A stretch of 64,000 nucleotides of DNA from Octopus vulgaris (GCA_951406725.2 OX597832.1:30132001-30196000); one strand, 5' to 3'. Counted from the first letter of the stretch, positions 1 through 16,169 are shown. Made by a program: numbers and translations. Notes: generated from the sequence alone by a model not told the origin.

Positions 1-427
1 GAGAATATATTGTAATTTGCGGTTTTCCATTTTTGACACGAATTATCCAGATATTCTTCAAAGATATTTCTGCGAATAGCTGTTCAGATAGTTGGCAGAA
101 TAATTACAGATTTACGACCAGACAATTACTATGGTTCCTGACATCAGTTTAATATGGCGAAATGGAATCACATCTAGTGTCTCTTACATACTCTAATATA
201 CATACATCCAAACGTGTGTATATATGTGTATTTGTACAAAGTTTACATACAAGGGTGCGTGTGCGTGTGCCTACAGTTTATTGGGAAATTTTCAATAAAC
301 TATGCTCTACAATAGGTATTGAGTACAACACTCTCATGGATCTGGTACAGTTCCCTTCTGCCCACCGAGGAACGAAGTGAAGTACATCTTTTCTAAGGTC
401 ACCAAACAGTGGAATGGTCCATAACGA

Positions 428-484
<57 letters not shown>

Positions 485-728
485 TTTCTCTATCTATCTA
501 TCTATCTATCTATTTATCTATTTATCTGTGTTTGTATGTGTGTATATACACCTACATATATACGTGCACACACATGCTCATATATACATACATATATACA
601 TATATACATACAATCAAATAATATATATACCCTCCTTCTTCCCTTCTTTCCTGAGCGTCCAATAATACTTTATTTGTTCCACATCCTTGCGTTGTTGTTT
701 TTTTGTTTTTGTTTTCTTGTTTGGATTA

Positions 729-806
<78 letters not shown>

Positions 807-1002
807 TAGATACATAGACAGATAGATAGATCGATTAATTGATAGATAGATGGATAGATAGACAGATAGATAGATATACTTGAAGATCGCAGTGGCGGGA
901 AAATCAAGTCTCGAGATGAACAACCAGTTTCAATAACCCATACACTCTACAACATATATTGAGTACTCTCCTCCTCTCCCACTCTCTCTCTTTATATGTG
1001 TG

Positions 1003-1073
<71 letters not shown>

Positions 1074-2000
1074 GTGTATACACACACATACGCACACATG
1101 AACACAAACACACATACACACACACGCAAATAAACATAAATGAATAAAGGGCAAATGTATGGATGGTAGTAAGGAAAACAAAAATTAAAAAAAACTGTAA
1201 TAGAAGCGTTGGTGAGATGATGCGTCAGTGTATGTGTGTACGGACATACATGTGTATATAGACATGCGTGTGTTAGAGTGTGTATACGTGTAAGTGTGTA
1301 TGTGTGTGTCTACCATAGTTCCTGCCCAAATCGCCAAACAAAAGCAGTTATTTGTGATGTTCTCTTCACCAAATATTTCCAAATCTATCCAAGTCCAAAA
1401 AATAAACCCGTTCTTGAACGTAGCATTTTTTTTCTCTCTCTCCACCAAACAACCATTATTAATGTAAAATCGATGTAGAAACAATTCCATCACTCCCTAT
1501 TTAGTGAAATTCAATGCTTATGCTAATATTTGCGAGTGTATATATCTCTTATATATATATATATATATATATATACACGCGCGCGCGTGTTTGTACCTTT
1601 GGATGTACACGTGTGTGCGTGTGTATACGTATGTATACATATATATTTATACTTGTATTTAAATGTACCTATATATACATGTATATATATATGTGTGTGT
1701 ATGTGTGTGTGTGGGTGTGTGTGTATGTATATATATATATATATGTGTGTGTGTGTATATATATATATGTGTGTGTGTATAAATATATATATATATATGT
1801 ACATTTATGGCAAATGAAAGACAGAAGAAGGAATATATGTACATTTATACATATGTATATAAATATATATGTGTGTGTGTATGTACATATAGTATATAAT
1901 GTATGTGTGTGTACACACACAATGTATTCACGTGTGCATGCAGATATACCATAGACAGGATGCGCATACACGCGCGCACACACACAAACACAAATATATA

Positions 2001-2098
<98 letters not shown>

Positions 2099-2721
2099 TA
2101 TGTATGTGTGTATGTGTATATATACATATATGTACATGTGTATACTCTCATATATGTGCATATATATGTACGTACCTATATATGTGTGTCTGTGTATGTA
2201 TATGTGTATGGGGGAGGGGGGTAGTTTGTATTTGCTAGAACTTCGGTGCTATGGCTGCCAAATATATTTAACTCTAACCATTTCTCTCCATATTTATTGA
2301 AGAGTGGATCTATTGAGAAAGATAACTCCCGAGTAAACAAATGCCACAGATTCTCGTAAATTTTCCCTCAAAACAAACAGAAACAACAACAAAAAAAATG
2401 GGAGAAAGAAAGGACGGTGCGAATTTGGGATAATACATTAACGAGTATGGCTACGGTATCACACGTGTGTGCGTGTGTGTATGGCTATTGTATTACATGA
2501 GAGTGTATGGTTGTGTTTGTAGATGTCTGTGTGTGTGTGGTTATTTATGATAGAGTGTGGTTATGTTAAAGCATTATCTTGAGTAATTGTGTTAATACAT
2601 ATTAATGTATGTTGGTATTGTTATACGGGTTTTATATAATGCTGTATGGTTGTGCTATGCTTTTCATATGGTGGTGGGTGATTATGTAAAAAATACATGT
2701 AAATGAAATTGTACGGTAGTG

Positions 2722-2774
<53 letters not shown>

Positions 2775-2939
2775 TACGACCGGCTTCTTTCAGTTTCCGT
2801 CTACCCAATCCACTCACAAGGCTTTGGTCGTCCCTAAGCTATAGTAGAAGACACTTGCCCAAGGTGCCATGCAGTGGGACTGAACACGGAGTCATGTGGC
2901 TGGTAAGCAAGCTACTTACCACACAGCCACTCCTGCGCC

Positions 2940-2989
<50 letters not shown>

Positions 2990-2996
2990 CATACAT

Positions 2997-3029
<33 letters not shown>

Positions 3030-3171
3030 CATATATATATACATACATATATATATGTAGGTGTGTTGTGTATGTGTGTGTACAAAATACTGTGTGTGTG
3101 TGTTATGTGTGTTCTTTGCATGATAGTGTATGTTAGTGATGTTATGTATTTTTATACGATTTTATGTGGTC

Positions 3172-3230
<59 letters not shown>

Positions 3231-3235
3231 GCATG

Positions 3236-3313
<78 letters not shown>

Positions 3314-3689
3314 GGGCTTTTTTATTTACCTGTGTTTGCGTGTGTTTGCGTGTGTGTGTGATTTTGTTATCACATGTCTGTGGCTGTGTGAAATATGTTT
3401 TTAGTTTTATATATTCTAATAGTGATACGTCTATAGAGCTTTCCGGAAGTGTTGCTCTAGAACTCATATGTATTACACACACACGCGCACACACACACAT
3501 ACATATGATACGAACTCCCACACAGCTTCTTGTCTGAAATGACCACTGGTCTTTCCTGGTGTTGCAGCAGAAGGCACGTCCTCAATGATTTGTGATTAGG
3601 GACTTGACACGGAATTAAAATTGTTATGCAAAGCAAACTTCTTAATCACCCAAAACTCATGCCTGGGCTTGTCCGTAACTACACAACTG

Positions 3690-3751
<62 letters not shown>

Positions 3752-4526
3752 GTGTGTATTCGATTTATTCGGATGTGAGATTTGCTCTCCTGATTTCACT
3801 TCTGTAACCCACATGTGACCATGTAGACCAATGAGATGTCCAAAAGTTACATCGTTTTTTTTTTTGCTGGAAAATGGGAGCTTTAGTGGTTGACTTGCTC
3901 CATATTTTCCAGCCCCGTTTACCGGTTCTCGTTGCGTCAAAGTGTTGAACTCCTCCCAAGATAATGCAACTTTTCATGTTTCGATTATTATTTAACGATT
4001 TCCACTCATACTTATTCGTGCCACGCAGTTGCGTCTTGCCTAACACATTCGTTTGTTCATCTTGGTAAAAAAAAAGAAAGAGCCCAATTGTTTGGCCAAT
4101 CTGTTAACCCAACATTCACGTTATTTGGCCAGTGTGTTGAACATGGTGAAACATAATTACGGTTTCGATACGGACGTTGTTGACTTGTTCCAACACACTG
4201 ATCTTCCTCTGTCTATTCTGCCACAGAAAATGGATAACGTTCCTCCACCGTGTCAGGTGATATATTCGGAGATGTCCTTAAGAGTTTCAAACTCTGATCT
4301 TTACATGCTTTATCTATTCCAAAGAACAATGTTCCGCAACTACATTTTTATCCAATGTTGGCTCTCTGGATCTCTTTATTTGTAACTATCTGTGTGTGCG
4401 TGCGTGTGTGAGTGTGTGTGTGTGTGAGAGAGAGAGAGTGAGAAAGAGAGAGAGAGAGCGTGTGTGTGTATGTGTGTGAGTGTGTGTGAGAGAGAGAGAG
4501 GGAGAAAGAGAGAGAGAGAGAGAGAG

Positions 4527-4584
<58 letters not shown>

Positions 4585-5531
4585 CTTCTGGCAAATTGTT
4601 TCTCATACCACCCCCAAAGGTTCCTTTACGAGAAATTACTTGGCAGTGACGTCACGTGGCAACGAAATCCTTTTCCTTCACTTTCTTCTTTTCATTTTTT
4701 TAAACAAAAAAAATTCTTATCCCAGCCTCTTATTTACTTTCCAGAAATCAATGTTCCCATTTATATTATATTAATGTCGTTTTATGACGAGGTCATTCAC
4801 ATCAATGACCCACTCACACATTATATTACGTTGGAAAAGAGAAAGTATATTTTTTTCTATTCCAAACTTTATATTCCTGCTTTTGATTCTTTTATTCCCA
4901 ATTTGTTTCCAGATAATGTGAGATGTTTCCACACAACCTTCAGACAATCTCTCGTCATATTACAAACAGTTGTTGTCTTCGATAATCGATCGTGATTATT
5001 TTATATTCAGTTCAGATGACCGTACAAAGCCGGCCATTATTACATTTGCTAAACAATATATTCACAAAATCAGTTCCCACTCTACAAGAGTGTAAATGTA
5101 ATTTTTATTTCAACAAATGTTTATTGTATTTTTGTAAACTGGTGTTGTTATATTGAATATATGCATATAATATTCACATTACACTGGCACTTCGTATGTA
5201 TGTATACATATGTGTGTATGTATGTATGTATGAAATGGTTGTTTCATCTTGTTAGATGATGGCCATCTCCTGGGACAAAACCAAATCATTGGATTACCAG
5301 GACATACAATGGTACAACACATTGTGTGCCACTGTCTAAGTAATCATTATTAAATATTAAGCAACAAGCAAAAACCTAAATTGAAGAAAAACGGCGGTAA
5401 CTACTACAGGTTCGGCTTCGATGTCAGACGATCTTTTCCTAGACTTTACCTAGAACAGGATACTATTAAATCAGTAAGGGATTGATTTTCCAAATGGGTT
5501 TTACTGCTTGCTCAATCACATTCTCTTTGCC

Positions 5532-5577
<46 letters not shown>

Positions 5578-5660
5578 TCCCTTCTTTCCTGAGCGTCCAA
5601 TAATACTTTATTTGTTCCACATCCTTGCGTTGTTGTCTTTTTGTTTTCTTGTTTGGATTA

Positions 5661-5717
<57 letters not shown>

Positions 5718-5792
5718 GAGTGGCTGCGTGGTAAATATATCGCTAGCCACTAAACCTTTTTCTATTTTCTCTCCCTGTTTATTTCTGTGTTC

Positions 5793-5829
5793 CTTACTGT
5801 TGAAGAGCGTAGGCTCGAAATGTAAAAGA
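5793..5829 (+). ncRNA. Degenerate hammerhead-like motif, same family as 26861-26898
   Basis: CTGTTGA-A-GAGC(GTAG)GCTC-GAA-ATGT-A-AAAGA. Confidence 0.5.
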
Positions 5830-6030
5830 CTTTCTCACTTTCCGACCGTTAAATTAATACATCTGTTTGTTGTTTGCACATCCGTCTTCGTCTTTTGTTG
5901 TTTTTTTTTTGTAAATTCTCACTATATATATATGTAAGTGTATGTATGTATATATGTGTGTGTATATATATATTTTTTATTTATATTATTATTTGATTGA
6001 ACGCCACGCATCCATTTCCAAGTAAGTTTA

Positions 6031-6083
<53 letters not shown>

Positions 6084-7311
6084 AGAGAGAGTGTAGAAAG
6101 AGAGAGAGAGAAATAGATGTTGTCTTGCAAGAATTTTACATCTAGATGATCTGTGAAGCAACACTAAAGAGCAACTATTTGCCCATAAATTGAGTTTTTT
6201 TCTGCACCAGGCACCAGCCACATACAAAGTCTTGAGCAAGTTACTTAACCTCAGTTTGCTTTTGTTGTATCAGTCTTGTACTAATTTCAACTAAGTACAC
6301 TCCTCTCACCTTCCAGCTGTTAGATCTTGGATGTATCGCCGGGTTAAGGACGGAAGGGTCCAACGCGTGTTTCTGTCTACCTACCACCGCTGTTAAAGCA
6401 ATTAACGAAAGTGTTGTACATGCAGGGCAGACGATACTCGCTTGCAAGTGACAGCTATAGTTTCTTTCTTTCATGGTTAGTGATTCTGTCTAAAGGAACA
6501 CCAACACTTCGAGAGAGGAGGGTGTTGTAGTAGGGAAGAAGTGGTGTGTTGGTGGCAGAGTTAAGGGCGTTGGTGCTGCGATTTGTGTGCTTACCATGTC
6601 ATCTGAGTGTCGGTGACGTGTTGTTGTTGTTGGTGGTGGTGTAGCTATTAATATATCCGTCTTTTGGTATGTTGAAATTATAATCAAATACTGATGTGTG
6701 TTGGTGTGTTGTTTTGTTGTTGGTGTGTTATTGTTGATATTATATTCGTGTGTTGATGCATTTGTTAAGTTTTCGTCAAAGTAACAAGATTTAACTGTGA
6801 TTCATGAAAGACATCTGTTGAAAATAGCATTATTAACGAACTATTATCAGCCTTTCGCCTTCATTCCATACAAAATGTCTTCCTTCTTCCTTCATCTTTT
6901 CTTCCTCCATTCTATTCTCTCTGCCTCCTTCCTTACAATATTGTTTTCTCTTTCTCTTATTGCATCATTGTTCCATCAATGCTGTCGGCTGCCTCGCAAC
7001 TCATTCTCCATTACTTTACTTATTTCCATTTAACGTTTTAATTTCTTCTGCTCTCTCAAGTGTTAATCTCTCCGTTTGCCACCATCGCTTTTTTACCCCC
7101 GCTTCTTCTGTCTCTCTTTTCACCGCAACCTCATCTCTCTCTCCTCTCCAACACACACACACACACACACACACAACATTCTTTTCTCTTATTTCTCCAT
7201 CAATCAATGTCTATCTACAATAATTGCATCGAGTTATCTTGTCTTTTCCTCTGTGGCTTTATTAAACCTAATCGAACAACGTAATAATAATACTAATAAT
7301 AATTTTATTGC

Positions 7312-7459
<148 letters not shown>

Positions 7460-8999
7460 TGTCATCATTATTATTGTTATTTTTATTGTGCTTTTGATGT
7501 TAATGATGAGGATGGTGCTGACGTATACAGATCCGAAACTGGGTTGTGAATAGCTTTAAAAACAAATGACATGCGAGTTGTTTTAAGCAAGAAGTCTTTT
7601 TGTTGTTGTTGTTCTTCTTGTTGTTTTTTGTTGTTGTTTTTTTTTGTTTGAGTGAAGTATGGAGGACGCTAGAGTTGCAGTTACTTCTCTCTCTACAGTG
7701 AAATAACAAAGACACGTCAATGCCGGGATAGCGGAGCAGTAAGAATGGAATTGCAAAATAATCTACAGAAAATTACACATCTAATTTCCTTGAATACTTT
7801 CAGGAATATTATATATTCTAAACATTTCTCTTCTTTCTGTCTCCTCCTCCTCCTCCACCGCTCTAATCTGGACGTTTCATAATCACAGTTACCAGATCAC
7901 AAAAGAGTCGTCTTACACGAAAGACGAACGACATTGTAAAGGAAAGACAACTTTTTTAAACGTGACGTCTCATTTGTTTCTTTATAATCTTTCCTTTTAT
8001 TTCTGACTTTTACCAATTCGTTAATTTTTTCATTAGACTTCACGAAACAATTCCCAGAGATTTTTTTTTGTTTTTGTCTTCTTTTTCTTGTTCTTCTTCT
8101 ACCATTTTCACAATTGCAATTCAAATTCTTCTGTAAATGGTTTAATTTCTAGTACAAGTTAATAGTAATTGTTACTTTGATTGCAGCTAATGTTTGACAA
8201 TCCATCCTGCCTCCCACTATTGAAATTTCCCTTCTCTGTTTCGCGGCCGCCATTTTAGATTCCAGAACAATCTTGAGGATTGTCAGCCGTTGCGCGCAAT
8301 TTAGAATAAGCAATCTACAGCAATTACAAAAATGCTGTAATGAGTTAAAGTTAAAAATAATCAGGTTAAGACTATCTTACAACTTATTGTTCCATAAAAT
8401 GGTTACTGTTTGCAGAATCACACAGAAAACCATTTCCCCCTTTACAATGAAGAATTTCACCAAAGACTTTGGATTTGAACTAAGAGCACTCAATATTAAA
8501 TGAATATAAACAACTGACCCTCTCTAGCGTTCACTGTGTCGGCTGCTATAATTTAATAATGTAAAATGGTAGATTATTTTACCTTGTGGTGCCAATTTGA
8601 CTTCAACTAAAAAATCATTTGGGGCTACCAGTTATATTCACGGGTTGAATGAAATACATATTAATATAGGAAAGAAAGCGTCGAGTTGGCAGAATGGTTA
8701 GCACGCCGGGTAACATGCTTAGTGGCATTTTGTCCATCTTTACGTTCTGAATTCAAATTACACCAAAGTCGACTTTGCCTTTCATTGTTTCGGATGTTGA
8801 TAAAATAAGCAACTGTTGAATACCGGGGTGGATATAATCGACTCCCCTCGTCCAAAATTTCTGGCCTTGTGCCAAAATTTGAAGCTGTTATTATATGATA
8901 GAAGATTCTTTTGGTTGGTTTCCTTCTCTGTATGAAAGAAGAAAGAAAGACAGGAATACTCCGCATTTGGTAGCGCCTGGATATTTCATGTTAGAAAAG

Positions 9000-9142
9000 T
9001 TAACTAGCTTGCTTACGAACCGCATGGTTCCGGGTTCAGTCCCACTACGTGGCAGCTTGGGCAAGTGTCTTCTACTATAGCCTCGGGCCCACCAAAGCCT
9101 TGTGAGTGGATTTGGGAGACGGAAACTGAAAGAAGCTCGTCG

Positions 9143-9204
<62 letters not shown>

Positions 9205-9418
9205 TGTGTGTCTGTGTTTGTCCCCCCAACAAGACTTGACAACCGATGCTGCTGTGTTTACGTCCTTAGTGGTTCGGCAAAAGAGACCGATAGAATAAGT
9301 ACTAGGCTTACAAAGAATAAGTCCTGGGGTTGATTTGCTCGACTAAAGGCGGTGCTCCAGCATGGCCACAGTCAAATGACTGAAACAAGTAAAAGAGTAA
9401 TAAAAGAGTAAAAGAGTA
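9000..9418 (+). mobile_element. tRNA-derived SINE family B with internal (TA)n(TG)n (other copies 2775-2940 -, 14890-15084 +, 38395-38490 +, 39927-40240 +, 58820-58945 -)
   Basis: gggttcagtccc B-box-like motif, cttgggcaagtgtctt motif, internal microsatellite, (gtaaaaga)n tail. Many dispersed copies. Confidence 0.85.
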
Positions 9419-9694
9419 ACTAAAGACAATTTTTTTTTTTACTTTATTTCACTTTTTACAAAAATCTCAAATATTGTTGCTAGGAAATAAATAAATAAAT
9501 AAAAGTTAAGTGAAGATCTGCTCAGCTGAGTTCGAACCAGCTTTAAGCCAGACTAAATATCCTCAAAAAAAATTCAATTAAAAAAAAAAAAACTCGCGAG
9601 AATGTAAAAGTTCGCAGCTACAAGATTTTGGGTTCGAATCTATTGCGAGAGACATTAAGCGAGTTTTAGATGTTGTTCAATGCTTATTAAGCTC

Positions 9695-9782
<88 letters not shown>

Positions 9783-10089
9783 GTTTAAGGAATAGAAACT
9801 TAGGAAGTTCCCAACATTAATGAAAAATATGTATTCCATTATTTGTTCCTTCTCGAGCCATGCCTGGCTCATAAGGGCCGGTTTCCCGGTTTCCTTGGCG
9901 TATAGGTTCCCCACCTGGACGGGACGCCGGTCCGTCACAGGTGAGCTGCAAGATGCAGGAGGAAAGAGTGAAAGAATGTTGTGGCGAAAGAGTCAGCAGA
10001 AGTTCGCCATTACCTTCTGCCGGAGCCGCGTGGAGCTGAGGTGTTTCGCTCATAAACACATTTTGCATTATGTGGCTTGTTATTCTCTT

Positions 10090-10383
10090 TAAGTGAACAT
10101 TTTTCTGGTTGAAATACACCGAAAAATGGCGACACAGCAGTCAAAAAATCGTAAAAAAATAGGGATTTTCATAGAAAGAAGCACCTTTTTGATGTAAATA
10201 ATTTTTGGTGTTAACATGGTCCGATTTGAATTTTTTTCTTCTACGGAAGGAAGAGCAAGCCTTATTCTATCATACTCTCAATTTTGGTCAACTTGCGGCG
10301 CAGGGTCTCTGAGGAGATAGTGTTAGTTGAAGGCTACCAAACCTGCCATACACAGACAACTTCAGCTTTATATATACAGAGAT
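10090..10383 (-). mobile_element. Helitron-like 5' fragment
   Basis: Minus strand begins ATCTCTGTATATATAAAGCTGAAG, similar to 5' ends of animal non-autonomous Helitrons. Confidence 0.45.
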
Positions 10384-10822
10384 TTAAAAAACAAAACAAA
10401 ACAAGAACGGAAATTTCTTATGTAAATTGAACTTACACCATTTCTGACATGTCTTCATTGAAGATGACCTTTCATCACTTGCGTCGGCTGAACGTTTTTC
10501 TTTCATGACGTCATTGTTTAAAAATTAGTTTTACCTCTGTTTTCATAGAAAATCAATACCAAAATACAATTTGTAATAGATTTAAAATCAACAATTTACT
10601 CGATATTTGAAAAAATTATAGTCTGAGGCAACTTTCGAGTCAATTTACTCCAAGAAATTGCAGTAAAATTAAGTCTGGCAATCTGAAATTTCCAATATGG
10701 AAAAATTTCTGCTTCGGAAAAGATCTTTCAGACATTAAATATATTCCGTTCTTTAGATCGATATTTACCGAAGTGGAACTGTTTGTGTCGATGTCTGTGT
10801 ATACTTGTGTATGTGTGTGTAT

Positions 10823-10893
<71 letters not shown>

Positions 10894-11137
10894 GCGTGTG
10901 TGTATACACATATACATGTGTATATGTATGAATGATGTATGCATGTATGTATGTGTGTATGTATGTATGTATGCATGTATGTATGTATGTATGTATGCAT
11001 GTATGTATGCATGTATGTATGTATGTATGTATGTATGTGTGAATGTAGGTCTATGCGATAGATATATAACTAATATGACTATATATGTATTACATATACA
11101 CATGTTTATGTAACACACACACATAGAAAGACAGACT

Positions 11138-11172
<35 letters not shown>

Positions 11173-11224
11173 TGATTGATAGACACGTATATATATATAT
11201 ACATATATATACATATATATATAA

Positions 11225-11259
<35 letters not shown>

Positions 11260-11308
11260 CATATATATATACATATATATTTATATATACATATATACAT
11301 ATATATAC

Positions 11309-11393
<85 letters not shown>

Positions 11394-11407
11394 TAGATAG
11401 AAGAGAG

Positions 11408-11471
<64 letters not shown>

Positions 11472-11738
11472 GTGTGTGTGTGCATCCGTGTATATTTGAA
11501 TCACTGTTTTTTGCCAATTAATTTGGAATTAGGCGAATATAGATTCATATTAGCAAGTATCATCGCTTGGCGTGTGTGTGTGTGAAGGAGAGCAAATGTA
11601 TAAATAATGCATTTATAAAACATGAATGAACATTTCTAGGAATACAAATGCATGTGCGCGCGCGCGTGCCTGCGTGCTTGTGTGTGTGTTTGTTTGTTTG
11701 TGTGTACGTGTATTTATCGCAGTCGCTTAACTGACTGC

Positions 11739-11780
<42 letters not shown>

Positions 11781-11782
11781 TT

Positions 11783-11817
<35 letters not shown>

Positions 11818-11922
11818 GTGTATGTGCGTGCATCTACTTGTGCATACGTACACGTGCTTCGGCATGCATGAATAAATTGCATACATCTGCACATTTGTGT
11901 TGTTGTTGTAGTTATTATTGTT

Positions 11923-11972
<50 letters not shown>

Positions 11973-12122
11973 CATTATTATTATATCTATCATTATTATC
12001 ATTATTATTATTATATCTATTATTATTATCATTATTATTATTATTATCATTATTATTATATCTATCATTATTATATTATTATTATTATATCTATTATTAT
12101 TATCATTATTATTATTATTATC

Positions 12123-12166
<44 letters not shown>

Positions 12167-13613
12167 CATTATTATATCTATTATTATTATTATTATAATT
12201 ATTATTATTATTATTATCATTATTATTATTATTATCATTATCATTATTATTATCATTATTATTATTATTATTGTTGTTGTTGTTATTCAGTTGTGTAATC
12301 GTGGGTTCGGAATCGGCGGCGGTCGCTGTAGCATGCGAAATCAATGGCCGTTGTAAACAATCTGTCCCGGGGCTAGTGATGGCTAATAGCGAGCTAATGA
12401 TTGTTGTTGCTGATTTTATACGCTTCTATTGAAATGTTGCCGCTTTCAATGAAACGGCAGCCATCTTTATCACGTGATCACTGGTCTCGAAGCGGTGGCA
12501 AGGGGGGGGGGGAGCGGCGGCAGTGGGTCGGGGGGGTGGTAGTAATAAAATGTAGAAAATAAGATTATAGAACACAGAAAGAAAAAAAGAAAATTTAAAT
12601 AAAAGAAAATGGAATATAAAAAAAAAATGGCGAAAAGATGGTTTAAAGGAAAGTTTTTATTAAATTCTGGTTGGAAAGTCATGAGTTAATTAACCGGAAA
12701 CATCGTTTCTCAGCTCTGAATAATACTCAATTAAACAAAATTACGGGGTATCTTAGGGACTTAATTTGCTTATTCTTTGCATATGGAATAGCCTGTCCTC
12801 TAATTATCCTCTCTTTACAATTATTAGTTTCACGGTTGACAAACTAAGAGATTTTGTCACAGTCCATTGCATATTCCACCGAGATAGCTAATGCCTCATT
12901 AGAAAACAAGCAGAAGAAACGGTGTGTTAACGCTCACTCTATCACCTGTCACTTTTTACGGCAAATATGGTTTAGCTAGTTTCCACGCCACTTGACTTCA
13001 TGAAAGTCAAAAGTGACTGTTGCTATTTGTTAAATCTAACGCCTTTCAATTAGAAAATTTGCTTGTTAGCTACGATTCTTTGTGGCGGACATTTTTCTTT
13101 CTTTCTTCCTTCCCTTTTCTCTCTCTCTCTTTCTCCTTTTTTTTTTTTTTCATTTTTACAGAGACATACTTCAATAATTCCACTCTCCCGCTTTACAAGT
13201 CGATTCTCATTCTCCATTTATGATGCTAAAATGGAGTATGATTTGTCATTCTCAACACTGCTATCATATCAAAAGCCATCAGACCGTTGAAAATGCCTAC
13301 GGATAGGCGCTGATCAATTGTATCGGCTTTGCTATGGCATATCTACGCTGATTTGAAAGACTTTCAGCGAATTCTAAAAGTGCCACAATAGTTTTGTGTT
13401 ATGATTATTTCTGCTAGCAATAAATGTTGGATGTTGGGATATAAAGACAAGGGGGTGGGACGGGAATTATAATTTGTTCTTTACAGGGTGTGACATCAAT
13501 GATTATATACGTGTGCCTCTCTGTATGCATATTTATTTATATATATATATGTAGATGCACACACAGACACACACAAATATATATATTCATACATGCATGC
13601 ACACATGTATCTT

Positions 13614-13698
<85 letters not shown>

Positions 13699-13897
13699 AT
13701 CTATATCTATCTCTATCTCTCTCTCTCTCTATATATATATACATACATGCATACAGTCTCGCGCGTGCGCACCAACATCTATCTCTCGCCGAAGGCGATG
13801 CTACTGACGCCGGGCGGCATTGGTCTTGGTTTTCTACAGCGCATCACCGGGAACGGGAAGAGCGGAGGCTTTCACGCATGGCTAACTGATGCTTTTA

Positions 13898-13935
<38 letters not shown>

Positions 13936-14559
13936 CACGCACACACACTGTATTGTCCATTGCTCTTTTTTGATCGCTGAAAAAACCATAATGGTCCATC
14001 CATTGTCGTGTTTAGCAATCAGAACTGAAACACTGGGCTTAATCAAACTGGAACGCTAACACAGCGCGTTTAAGATAAAAATTCCTAATAAGATTTACCA
14101 CCATATCTTTATTAAACATACTTTTAACCTGGCTTTGAAAAAATTGAGTCTGTCGTTAAACCAAGTGACCCCGAGTGGGCAGGAAATGAGATCGAATGGA
14201 ACGATCGATTAGTTTCGTCTGCCATTAAATCTATCATTGGGATTCGTTTATTCATCTCTGATAGCTGCTAGATAATACAGATCATTACATATCGATGACA
14301 GAACTGTGATCAAGTTATTTCTCACTTTGTAGATGGCGCTGCAAAGTTGGCTGGGTTCAGTTATTAGAGAGTCCGGAGGACGAGGGTTTTAAACATTTGA
14401 TCGTAGGTGGCGTTGATTTTAACACACTTGTGTATGGATGTATAATATATATAAATATACATATATTTATATAAATCATATATATAGATATATATGTGTA
14501 TGTCTATATATATATATATATATATACTTTATTTAAAAGCAGCAGAAATTTAACTAAAG

Positions 14560-14597
14560 CTATTACTCGGAGTTTCACGTTTCCGTTCATCGGACAG
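14560..14597 (-). ncRNA. Minimal hammerhead-like motif, variant core CCGAUGA
   Basis: Minus strand CTGT-CCGATGA-ACG(GAAA)CGT-GAA-ACTC(C)GAGT-A-ATAG: GNRA-capped stem II and a U4C substitution. Confidence 0.65.
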
Positions 14598-14743
14598 TTT
14601 TATTAAAATAGAACCGAGATGACAATTTGATCAAAAACTAGCATAAACGATACACCTTTAAAAATGGATTTGTTTGATTGGTCCTTTCAAATAACGGTCA
14701 TATGCGAGCGATAAACAAAAATAAATAAAACAAATAAATGAGT

Positions 14744-14823
<80 letters not shown>

Positions 14824-14842
14824 TACATATATATACATACAT

Positions 14843-14882
<40 letters not shown>

Positions 14883-15040
14883 TTAATGTGTAGTTAAGAA
14901 GTACTCTTCACAGCCACGTGGTTTCAAGTTCAGTAGCACTGCGCAACACTTTGGGAAAATATCTTCTACTATAGTCATGGATTGACCAATACCTTGTGAG
15001 AGGATCTGATGGATGAAAACTGTGGAGAAGCCCGTCGTAG

Positions 15041-15084
<44 letters not shown>

Positions 15085-15086
<2 letters not shown>

Positions 15087-16168
15087 TTGGCTAAAAATGC
15101 TCATAGGTTGACCAAGATTCTCTCGTGGAACGTGACCAGTCGGAATGAGGTTTATTTTGTAACATAGTCTCCCTTGCGGTCCAGACACGTCTTCCATTGG
15201 TGATGCTGTGATTGGATTCCATTGACGAAGAAGCTTTCATCCTGTTTGGTCAAAAATCTCGTCAACAGCAGATATGACACCATCGTCATTGCGATACTGG
15301 TTTGACGAGAGTTCTTTCGTGTTGGGGAACAGATGATAGTCAAGTGGGGGCCAAGTCAGGTGAATATCGAGGGTGATCAACCAGTTCAAAGCTAGAGTCA
15401 TGCACAGCAGCCACTGTAACCAAGGATTTGTGTGCTTGAGCATTGTCCAGATGAAACAAGACTCCTGAACGTTTGGTCTTGGTCGCCTCTCGTAATTTCC
15501 TTAGCAAATTTGCAATAAAACTCTCCATTAGGACTATGCTAGTGCGGCACTTTTCAAGACAGTCAATAAACAGAATGCTTTTTGTATCCAAAAAACCTGA
15601 AGTCATCACCTTCCCTGCAGATGAAATGACCTTGGTCTTCTTTGGAGCAGGTGAGGAGGAGTGCATTGTGTTCCTTTGTCTCTGGCTCGAAGTGATGAAG
15701 CCAACACTTGTGCTGGGTTTGGAAACATTCAAGAAAACCAGCTGAATCTGCCTCAAATAATGTCAGATTTTCCCATGATGTGATCAGCCTGGTGCTCTTT
15801 TGATCAGGTGTCAGAAGACGTGGCACCCACGGAATAGAAACCTTCATCAATACAGGTTCCTTGTGCAGAGTACTCTCAACTTCCCTTCAGGACATGTTAA
15901 AAGAATTGTCTCTTTGATTTATAACCAATTGCCCGTCATCCATCACCATGTGATGAACACGATCAATGTTTTCCTCGGTGGAGGCATTTGCAGGACGTCC
16001 AGATTCTGGGCCATCTGCAAGACTCTCTATTTTCCTCCTGTATTCAACTGTCCGCTTTTGCCTTGTTCATAATGCTGGATCGTCATTTACTCCGACGTTG
16101 GTATGTTTGTTCAAACGTTTCAAAGCGGGGACCAGCATGGCTGCAGTTCAACGGCTAAACGAATAACG
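15085..16168 (-). mobile_element. Degenerate mariner (DD34D) transposon
   Basis: Frameshifted minus-strand peptides WVPRLLT, KVISSAGKVM, LFHLDNAQAH and HPRYSPDLAPTDYHLFP are mariner transposase motifs. Confidence 0.9.
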
Positions 16169-16169
16169 A

